Assembly (NCBI GenBank): GCA_042216675.1
Contig: JBDGTS010000024.1
Location: 1-19,323 of the forward strand
Origin: Halobacteriaceae archaeon
GTDB taxonomy: Archaea > Halobacteriota > Halobacteria > Halobacteriales > Halobacteriaceae
DNA: 19,323 bases
Direction: 5' to 3'
Under the pieces are notes generated by a model that ran no database searches, had not been told where the DNA came from, and was given only the letters and a program-made list of their open reading frames with translations. Shown here piece by piece: positions 8,947 through 15,771 of the stretch. The first letter of the stretch is position 1. Each line of letters opens with the position of its first letter. A program made the position numbers and the translations under genes.

Positions 8947-9591
8947 TCACCCGAAGTACTCCGCGATTTTCGAATACACTTCGTCCATGTTGTCGCCCTC
9001 GAGCGCCGAGAGCGGAATCGTCTCGTGCTGGGGGAAGGCGTTTTGAATCCGCTGGACGCTGCTCTCCTCGAGGTCGGTCTTGTTCGCGAGGATGAGCACC
9101 GGCAGGTCGCGGCTCTCGATGATGCCGATGAGCATCGTGTTGACCTGCGTGAACGGGTCGTTCGAACTGTCGAGAACGTAGATGACGCCGTCGACGTCCT
9201 CGCGGAGCCAGTGCATCGCCTCCGCGACACCCTCGGTGGCCTCGCGGGAGCGACGGACCGCCTCGTCCTCTTCCATGTCGTGGTCGAGGAAGTCCTCGTA
9301 GTCGACCTTGGTGGAGACGCCGGGCGTGTCCACGATGTCGATCGTCACTGTCTTGCCGTCGCGCTCGATTTCCACGTCTTCCTTTCGGCGGGCGCGGCGC
9401 GTTTCGTGTGGAATCGCGCTCTCGGGTCCGATGGCGTCTCCGGTCCAGTCCCGCGCGATGCGGTTGGCGAGGGTCGTCTTCCCGGCGTTCGGGGGGCCGT
9501 AGATGCCGATGCGCTTTGGCTCCGAGTCGTCGGCGAACAGCTTGTCCCGCACCGAGGAGATGCTGTCTCTGAGTCCTGTGAGCAGTCCCAT
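8947..9591 (-). CDS. oapA: Origin-associated small (Era-like) GTPase OapA/ArvA, 214 aa
   Basis: G1 GPPNAGKT, G2 HETRR, G3 DTPG, G4 NKTD and G5 SAL. Start trimmed to ATG 9591 (MGLLTGLRDS). Divergent from cdc6 across the origin. Confidence 0.92.
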   Translation of the reverse strand: MGLLTGLRDSISSVRDKLFADDSEPKRIGIYGPPNAGKTTLANRIARDWTGDAIGPESAIPHETRRARRKEDVEIERDGKTVTIDIVDTPGVSTKVDYEDFLDHDMEEDEAVRRSREATEGVAEAMHWLREDVDGVIYVLDSSNDPFTQVNTMLIGIIESRDLPVLILANKTDLEESSVQRIQNAFPQHETIPLSALEGDNMDEVYSKIAEYFG

Positions 9592-9621
9592 CCTGTTCCT
9601 CCCGTCTGCGTGGTGAAACGG

Positions 9622-9689
9622 CTTAAATCCACCGTCGCAGACGCTTGGAAGGAGCGTCGACGGCGTCTGACTTAAACCTATGTCAGACG
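9622..9689 (-). promoter_or_regulatory. Tandem TATA boxes of the oap operon; the distal one is enclosed by an 8-bp inverted repeat
   Basis: TTTAAG on the - strand at 9622-9627 and 9671-9676. CGTCTGAC (9664-9671) and GTCAGACG (9682-9689) form the inverted repeat. Confidence 0.6.
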
Positions 9690-9743
9690 GGGGTGCCGAC
9701 AGCCGTCGTGACGAGGTGTGGTACGCCACGACGGGGTACGGGA

Positions 9744-9772
9744 CCCCCCCACCCCTTCGTTTCGGGTGCAGA
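9744..9772 (-). repeat. ORB with G-string
   Basis: The - strand reads TCTGCACCCGAAACGAAGGGGTGGGGGGG. Confidence 0.88.
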
Positions 9773-9801
9773 GTGGAAACGGAGGGGTGGGGGAGGGAGG
9801 G
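9769..9801 (+). repeat. ORB with extended G-string pointing into the DUE
   Basis: CAGAGTGGAAACGGAGGGGTGGGGGAGGGAGGG. Confidence 0.8.
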
Positions 9802-9910
9802 TCTATAGGATAGGAAGCTATAAGTAGTAATGCCAAAAACAGCATCTGCAAACTAGCAACAACCGCTGTTTTGTTGTTGTTTCCGTCTCGCCGCCTCTAG
9901 CTAGTTGATA
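9802..9910. other. DNA unwinding element (AT-rich)
   Basis: Markedly AT-rich compared with the flanking genes (CTATAAGTAGTAATGCCAAAAAC...TGTTTTGTTGTTGTTT), located between inward-facing G-strings. Confidence 0.8.
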
Positions 9911-9954
9911 CGTCCCACCGTCTGTACTCGTCCCCACCCCACCCTTCGAGCCGT

Positions 9955-9980
9955 CTCCACCTGAAACGGAGGGGTGGGGG
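9955..9980 (+). repeat. ORB with G-string, preceded by an inverted half-site/G-string at 9931-9948
   Basis: CTCCACCTGAAACGGAGGGGTGGGGG. The - strand at 9931-9948 reads CGAAGGGTGGGGTGGGGA. Confidence 0.88.
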
Positions 9981-10104
9981 TGTCCGACTCGTGCCGGACC
10001 GGTCTCGACTCGAAACGGCCGGCGCCGACTCCTCCTCGCCCCAGCGCTATGCGCCGACCTCGATAGTCCACACATCGGTCGGGACCACGGACTCCCCCGT
10101 CGTT

Positions 10105-10146
10105 CGAAACCTTTTTGTCACTCCCGTTTCCTGTGTTTCACCTGCA
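10105..10146 (+). promoter_or_regulatory. Putative cdc6 promoter (BRE/TATA) with an inverted mini-ORB over the predicted start site
   Basis: CGAAACCTTTTTG at 10105-10117. The - strand at 10130-10146 reads TGCAGGTGAAACACAGG. Confidence 0.55.
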
Positions 10147-10230
10147 TCAACTGGAGCGGGGATAACCCCGAACCCCTGCGTTCGTGCTTCTCTCGCTCGA
10201 ACGTGGGTGTTTCGGGGACGCGTTCGCTCC

Positions 10231-10252
10231 CTCCACCTGAAACGAAGGGGTC
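10231..10252 (+). repeat. ORB immediately upstream of cdc6
   Basis: CTCCACCTGAAACGAAGGGGTC, 13 nt before the ATG at 10266. Confidence 0.88.
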
Positions 10253-10265
10253 ATCAATCGGCATC

Positions 10266-11741
10266 ATGGCACACGACGACCACACTTCCGACGGCGGCAA
10301 TCTCGGCTCGGAGCGGGACTTTCAGGTAGACGTCGACGACGTCCTCGAGGACGAGAACGAGGGCCTCTTCGACGACCTGTTGAGCGGCGAACCCATCTTC
10401 GACAACAAGGAGGTGCTTCGCCCGTCCTACACGCCCCACGAGTTGCCCCACCGCTCGGAACAGATCAACAGCATGGCAACGATTCTCGTGTCCGCCCTCC
10501 GCGGCGACACGCCGTCGAACATCCTCATCTACGGGAAGACGGGGACGGGGAAGACTGCGAGCGCGAAGTTCGTGAGTCAGGAACTCGAGTCGACCTCCCA
10601 GAAGTACGACGTGCCGTGTGAGGTCGAGTACATCAACTGCGAGGTGACGGACACCCAGTACCGCGTCCTCGCCCAACTCGCGAACACGTTCATCGAGCAG
10701 AACCGCACGCACGCCGAGGCCCGCATCGACGAACTCGAAACGCTCCGCGCGGACGCACGCGACGACCCGTCAGTTCTCGCGGACACGGAGTTCGACTCCG
10801 CGGACGCCGTCGGTGACCGCGTGCACGAACTCACCGAGGAGCGCGAAGCGATGGAGGACGTGCCGATGACCGGGTGGCCAACCGACCGCGTGTACGAGGC
10901 GTTCTTCGACGCCGTCGACTACCTCGAACGCGTCGCGGTCATCATGCTCGACGAAATCGACAAACTCGTCGAGAAGAGCGGCGACGACACCCTCTACAAC
11001 CTCTCGCGGATGAACTCCGAACTCGACAACTCTCGGGTCTCCATCATCGGCATCTCGAACGACCTGAAGTTCACCGACTTCCTCGACCCGCGGGTCAAGT
11101 CGAGCCTCGGCGAGGAGGAAATCGTCTTCCCGCCGTACGACGCGAATCAACTCCGCGACATCCTCCAGCACCGTGCGGAGACGGCGTTCAAGGCCGACGC
11201 GCTCTCCGACGACGTGATCCCGCTCTGTGCGGCCTTCGCCGCGCAAGAACACGGCGACGCCCGCCGCGCCCTCGACCTCCTGCGCACCGCCGGCGAACTC
11301 GCCGAACGCGACCAGACGGACGAAGTCGAGGAGGAACACGTCCGGCAGGCACAGGACAAGATCGAACTCGACCGCGTCGTCGAAGTCGTGCGCACGCTCC
11401 CCACGCAGTCGAAACTCGTCCTCTACGCCATCATCCTCCTCGAACGCAACGGCGTCCACAACATCAACACCGGCGAGGTGTTCAACATCTACAAGCGCCT
11501 CTGCGAGGAAATCGACGCCGACGTACTCACCCAGCGACGGGTCACGGACCTCATCTCCGAACTCGATATGCTCGGCATCGTGAACGCCGTCGTCGTCTCG
11601 AAGGGCCGCTACGGCAGAACGAAGGAAATCAGCCTCTCCGTGCCACGCGAAGAGACTGAGACGGTTCTGCTCACGGACTCGCGACTCAGCGAGGTCGAGG
11701 ACGTCCAACCGTTCGTACAGGCCCGCTTCGACGAGGACTAG
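10266..11741 (+). CDS. cdc6: Orc1/Cdc6 replication initiator (oriC1-associated type), 491 aa
   Basis: IF.NKEVLRPSYTP..LPHR, Walker A GKTGTGKT, Walker B IMLDEID, RVKSSL, HGDARRALDLLR and a winged helix (ISELDMLGIV...GRYGRT). Start trimmed to ATG 10266. Confidence 0.97.
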   Translation: MAHDDHTSDGGNLGSERDFQVDVDDVLEDENEGLFDDLLSGEPIFDNKEVLRPSYTPHELPHRSEQINSMATILVSALRGDTPSNILIYGKTGTGKTASAKFVSQELESTSQKYDVPCEVEYINCEVTDTQYRVLAQLANTFIEQNRTHAEARIDELETLRADARDDPSVLADTEFDSADAVGDRVHELTEEREAMEDVPMTGWPTDRVYEAFFDAVDYLERVAVIMLDEIDKLVEKSGDDTLYNLSRMNSELDNSRVSIIGISNDLKFTDFLDPRVKSSLGEEEIVFPPYDANQLRDILQHRAETAFKADALSDDVIPLCAAFAAQEHGDARRALDLLRTAGELAERDQTDEVEEEHVRQAQDKIELDRVVEVVRTLPTQSKLVLYAIILLERNGVHNINTGEVFNIYKRLCEEIDADVLTQRRVTDLISELDMLGIVNAVVVSKGRYGRTKEISLSVPREETETVLLTDSRLSEVEDVQPFVQARFDED

Positions 11742-12508
11742 CGCGTCGCCGCCACGGCCCCGGCGGCCAGCGCACCCGTCCCCGCCTTCGCGAGGCTCAG
11801 ACTCGACACCAACAGCCGCACGTGGCCGAGATACGGGATGCGGACCATCGCCCGCCCGCGAATCCACGACGGCCGCACGACGGGCGCGATGCCCTGCACT
11901 TGATCGTACCGGGCGTTGTTGTCGCCCTTCGTGATGAAGCCGTCGTGGGGCGCCGGACACGTCGAGAGGTCGCCACACTGCCTCCCGCCGAGGTAGTTCG
12001 GGTTCGCGTCCTGCACCCAGTTCTCCCCGTCCTCGACCCACATTCGGGCGCGGTGGATGATTGGTGAGCCGCCGCGTGCGGGCGGCATGAACACAAACAC
12101 GTCGCCGTAGTCGCCGAACTGCTTGTAGCCCGACTCCGTCGCGACCTGATAGGGGACGACGCCGGTACCGGCGACGGCGCTCCCGCCGTTGTACCGGTGT
12201 TCCTCGACCACGAACACGAGGTCGCCACGGTGCATGTTCGGCTCCATACTCCCGCTCTCGACGGCGACCATCGGGGGCCAGACCCCGCTGATGGTGAACA
12301 AGAGCAGTCCGATAACCGCCACGGCCGCGGCGCTCTTCACGAGTTCGCGGCCGAAGACCACCCACTCGTCGTCGGTGTGCCAGAGCCATCTGAGCGCGGG
12401 CCCGATCCCGTCTCGTGGCCTCGGTGGTCCGTCGTCGGATGCCACGTCGGGGCCGTCGCGGACCTCCGTCTCGGCCGCGGTGGGCCCCTCGTGGTCGCCG
12501 TCCGTCAT
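11738..12508 (-). CDS. sec11: Signal peptidase I, S26 family (Sec11-like)
   Basis: TM followed by VESGSMEP (catalytic Ser), GDLV, IIHR, TKGDNN and IPYLG. Confidence 0.92.
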   Translation of the reverse strand: MTDGDHEGPTAAETEVRDGPDVASDDGPPRPRDGIGPALRWLWHTDDEWVVFGRELVKSAAAVAVIGLLLFTISGVWPPMVAVESGSMEPNMHRGDLVFVVEEHRYNGGSAVAGTGVVPYQVATESGYKQFGDYGDVFVFMPPARGGSPIIHRARMWVEDGENWVQDANPNYLGGRQCGDLSTCPAPHDGFITKGDNNARYDQVQGIAPVVRPSWIRGRAMVRIPYLGHVRLLVSSLSLAKAGTGALAAGAVAATR

Positions 12509-12592
12509 CGCCCCCCACTTCCCGTGTCGGCCGCATCAACCTTCTGGGTCGGTCCGCCACACTTTTGCTCGCGCTTCCCCTCTCAGCGTCTT

Positions 12593-14080
12593 GTGCCGAG
12601 CGAACGCGCGGTCGGCGTCGTCCGCAAACTCGCGAGCCACGGCTACAACGCCGAACGCGAGGCCGTGACGCTCCTCGCGGGCGCCGAGGACACCGTCGCC
12701 GCAATCGAGCGAACGCTCGACGGCGTGCCCGACGACGCCCTCACCGTCCGCGCCGACCACGTTCGGGACGCGCTCGATGCCACCGCTTCAACTCCACCCG
12801 AAGTCGTGAACGAATCGGACGAATCCGAAGGGGAAATGACCGCATCTGCACCTGAAACCAAGGGGGTAGACGGCGAGCGGTCCGTCGAGGTGGCTGGCGA
12901 CGTGACCGGACAGTCCACCGGGACCGGCGCCTATTCGGATTTCGTGACGCTGTTCCGCGACCGCTACGATAGTCTCGCCGGCTTCCTCCGCGGGCGCGTC
13001 AACCACCGACCCACCGACGCACTCGAAAAGATGGCCGGCGGCGACGAGGCGGCGCTCGTCGGGATGGTGGACGACGTGCGCTCGACGGCGAACGGCCACT
13101 GGATTCTCGACTTGGAGGACACCAACGGCACCTTCCCTGTCCTCGTGATGAAAGACCGCCCCATCGCGGACCTCGTCGGAGAAATCCTGTTAGACGAGGT
13201 CATCGCCGTCGAGGGAACGCTCTCCGACGACGGCTCTATCGTCTTCGTCGACGACGTCCACTTCCCCGACATCCCCCGGACCCACAACCCCTCGACGGCG
13301 GACCGTCACGTGCAGGCCGCCCTCGTCAGCGACGTACACGTCGGCAGTCAGGAGTTCGCCGCCGACGCGTGGGAGGCGTTCGCGGAGTGGCTCCACACCG
13401 AGGAGGCTGAGGCCGTCGAGTATCTGCTCATCGCTGGCGACATGGTGGAGGGTGTCGGCGTCTACCCCGACCAAGACGACGAACTCGACATCGTGGACAT
13501 CTACGATCAGTACCGGGCGTTCTCGGAGCGTCTGAAGGCCGTGCCCGCGGACCTCGAAATCGTGATGATTCCGGGCAACCACGACGCGGTTCGCCTCGCC
13601 GAACCCCAACCCGCGTTCGACGAGGAACTCCGGGACATCATGAGCGCCCACGACGCCCGCATCGTCGGCAACCCTTCGACTGTCTCCATCGAGGGCGTCT
13701 CCGTCCTGATGTACCACGGGATGTCCCTCGACGAGGTCATCGCCGAGGTGCCAGACGAGAAAGGGACCTACGACGACCCGCACCTCGCGATGCAACTGCT
13801 CCTCAAGAAGCGCCACGTCGCGCCCCAGTACGGCGGCGGGAACCGCATCGCCCCCGAGAAGGAGGACTACCTCGTCATCGACGAGGTGCCCGACGTGTTC
13901 CACGCGGGCCACGTCCACAAACTCGGCTGGGGCCAGTACCACGACGTCCTCGCCGTCAACACCGGCTGCTGGCAGCGACAGACGGACTTCCAGCGCCGCA
14001 ACAACATCGACCCCGACTGGGGGTTCGCGCCCATCCTCGATTTGGACACGCTCGATCTGACCGTCAGGAAGTTCCGCTAA
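12593..14080 (+). CDS. polD1: DNA polymerase D small subunit DP1 (3'-5' exonuclease), ~495 aa
   Basis: GYNAEREAV N-terminus, OB fold (FRDRY...GMV.DVRST..GH) and calcineurin-like motifs SDVHVGS, GDMVEG, GNHD, YHG and HAGHVH. GTG start at 12593, ~26 nt after CTTTTG. Confidence 0.96.
   Translation: MPSERAVGVVRKLASHGYNAEREAVTLLAGAEDTVAAIERTLDGVPDDALTVRADHVRDALDATASTPPEVVNESDESEGEMTASAPETKGVDGERSVEVAGDVTGQSTGTGAYSDFVTLFRDRYDSLAGFLRGRVNHRPTDALEKMAGGDEAALVGMVDDVRSTANGHWILDLEDTNGTFPVLVMKDRPIADLVGEILLDEVIAVEGTLSDDGSIVFVDDVHFPDIPRTHNPSTADRHVQAALVSDVHVGSQEFAADAWEAFAEWLHTEEAEAVEYLLIAGDMVEGVGVYPDQDDELDIVDIYDQYRAFSERLKAVPADLEIVMIPGNHDAVRLAEPQPAFDEELRDIMSAHDARIVGNPSTVSIEGVSVLMYHGMSLDEVIAEVPDEKGTYDDPHLAMQLLLKKRHVAPQYGGGNRIAPEKEDYLVIDEVPDVFHAGHVHKLGWGQYHDVLAVNTGCWQRQTDFQRRNNIDPDWGFAPILDLDTLDLTVRKFR
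12845..12867 (+). repeat. ORB-like element inside the polD1 coding sequence
   Basis: TCTGCACCTGAAACCAAGGGGGT, compared with origin ORBs TCTGCACCCGAAACGAAGGGGTG and CTCCACCTGAAACGAAGGGGTC. Confidence 0.75.
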
Positions 14081-14460
14081 GCCGGGTCCAGTCGAAACCG
14101 ACGGGTCCGCGTTCCCTCGAACTGCGGGCCGGCGCCGGCGTCCTCGAACCCCTCGTCGGCCGCCACGTCGGCGGCGGGGTCCCCCGCCGGCACCACCAAC
14201 TCGACGGCCATTCCTTCTCGTTTGGCGAACCGAATCGGCTCCGCCAGCAGACCCGGCAGCACGTCCGGGTCACCGGAGAGACGGGTGACGTGAACCACGT
14301 CGGGGCGGGCATCGAAGGCGACGACGCCCACCACCTCGTCCTCGTGGACGGCGACCCGCACCGACCGGTCGTGAAGCAACTCCCGCGCGGCGGCGGTGGG
14401 CAACCCCGTCAGGTCGGCCATCGCCGCGGCGTCTTCCTCGACGGCGTCCCGAACGTCCAT
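14077..14460 (-). CDS. GNAT-fold-like hypothetical protein, 127 aa
   Basis: MDVRDAVEEDA..., VRVA...EVVGVVAF, VVHVTRL and GFED.G. The acetyl-CoA-binding motif is not evident. TTTATC box at ~14483-14488. Confidence 0.7.
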   Translation of the reverse strand: MDVRDAVEEDAAAMADLTGLPTAAARELLHDRSVRVAVHEDEVVGVVAFDARPDVVHVTRLSGDPDVLPGLLAEPIRFAKREGMAVELVVPAGDPAADVAADEGFEDAGAGPQFEGTRTRRFRLDPA

Positions 14461-14577
14461 GCCCGCCGGCTTCGGGTCCCGACGATAAAGAACCCGCGGC
14501 CGGATGAACACAGTTATCCCCCCACCTCGGCTATCGGGGGGTATGAGCCAGCGGTTCACACGCACGGGTGGTCAGCC

Positions 14578-15771
14578 GTGCGCGTAGTTGCGAAGTTCGG
14601 CGGAACCAGTCTGGGCACCGGCAACCGAATCGACCGCGCCGCGGACTCCATCGCGGACGTCGTCGCGCAGGGCCACCAGATAGCCGTCGTCGCCTCCGCC
14701 ATGGGGTCGACGACGGACGAACTGCTCGAGGACATCACGTTCGAGACGGAACAGCAGGACCGCGCCGAAATCGTCAGCATGGGCGAACGCACCAGCGTCC
14801 GCATGCTGAAGGCGGCGCTCGCGTCCCGCGACGTGAACGCCACGTTCATCGAACCGGGCGACCCCCGGTGGCCCATCGTCACCAACGACGTAGGCGAAGT
14901 CGACGTCGAGGAGACGAGGGCCCGCGCGAAGAGGCTCGCCGAGGAACTCGACGACGTGGTGCCGGTCATCACCGGCTTCCTCGCCGAGGATGCGGAGGGC
15001 AACGTCACGACTCTCGGTCGGGGCGGCTCCGACACCACCGCCGTGATGCTCGGCAAGTACCTCGACGCCGACGAAGTCGTCATCGTCACCGACGTCGAGG
15101 GCATCATGACGGGCGACCCGCACGTCGTCGAGGGCGCCCGCAACGTCGGCGAAATCACCGTCGACGAACTCAGGAACCTCTCGTTCAGGGGCGCGGAAGT
15201 CATCGCCCCCTCGGCGCTCGCGTACAAGGACGCCGACCGCGAGATGCGCGTCGTCCACTATCAGCACGACGACCTGCTCAAGGGCGGCACCCGCGTCGAG
15301 GGCGAGTTCAAGAACATCATCGACATGCAGGAGTCGCCGGTGGCCTGTGTCACCGTCGCCGGGCGCGCCATCCGGAATCAGCCCGGCATCCTCGCGAAAC
15401 TGTCGAACGCGCTCTACGAGGGCGACATCAACGTCGACGCCGTCGCGAGCGGTATGGACTCCATCAGCTTCTACGTCTCGGAGGACGAGTGTGAACGCGC
15501 CGAGCGCATCCTCCACCGTCAGGTCGTCGACGACGCCGTCCTCTCCTCGGTGACGGTCAACGAGGGCCTCGCCGTGGTGCGCGTCCTCGGCGGCGAACTC
15601 CCGAACCGGCCGGGCGTCATCGCCGAAATCGTCAACCCACTCGCGGAGGCCCACATCAACATCCACGACCTCATCACGTCCGCCACGTCCATCACCGTCG
15701 CCGTGGACTGGGAGGACGGCGAAGACGCCCTCGACATCGTGCAAGAGCACTTCGGCAACGTCACTCAGTAA
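14578..15771 (+). CDS. lysC: Aspartate kinase, 397 aa
   Basis: GTG start (MRVVAKFGGTS), VVASAMG.TTD, SMGE, ITGF, TTLGRGGSDTTA, TDVEGIMTGDP and two ACT domains. Confidence 0.96.
   Translation: MRVVAKFGGTSLGTGNRIDRAADSIADVVAQGHQIAVVASAMGSTTDELLEDITFETEQQDRAEIVSMGERTSVRMLKAALASRDVNATFIEPGDPRWPIVTNDVGEVDVEETRARAKRLAEELDDVVPVITGFLAEDAEGNVTTLGRGGSDTTAVMLGKYLDADEVVIVTDVEGIMTGDPHVVEGARNVGEITVDELRNLSFRGAEVIAPSALAYKDADREMRVVHYQHDDLLKGGTRVEGEFKNIIDMQESPVACVTVAGRAIRNQPGILAKLSNALYEGDINVDAVASGMDSISFYVSEDECERAERILHRQVVDDAVLSSVTVNEGLAVVRVLGGELPNRPGVIAEIVNPLAEAHINIHDLITSATSITVAVDWEDGEDALDIVQEHFGNVTQ

Larger units (their letters stand above)
9744..10252. other. Replication origin oriC1 (ORB repeats with G-strings flanking an AT-rich DUE)
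   Basis: Intergenic region between oapA and cdc6 with several copies of T(C/G)CAC(C/T)(T/C)GAAAC(G)(A/G)AGGGGT and an AT-rich stretch at ~9802-9910. Confidence 0.93.

Noticed and set aside
9744-10252. CRISPR array or small ORFs in the repeat-rich intergenic region
   Set aside because: The repeats are irregularly spaced, occur on both strands and match ORB consensus next to cdc6.
10686-10862. Intein in Cdc6 or DP1
   Set aside because: The insertion is short and lacks intein terminal motifs (N-terminal Cys/Ser block, His-Asn end). DP1 is of normal length.
12197-12592. N-terminal extensions in the ORF track (polD1 from 12197, lysC from 14290, oapA from 9729, cdc6 from 10203)
   Set aside because: They overlap neighbouring genes, promoters or ORBs; conserved N-termini and promoter spacing support the downstream starts.
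10770-12704. 644-aa - strand ORF, and similar long ORFs at 8527..9675, 14572..16143 and 15975..17210
   Set aside because: They overlap well-supported genes and have the Arg/Pro/Gly-rich or V/L/D/E mirror composition typical of shadow ORFs.
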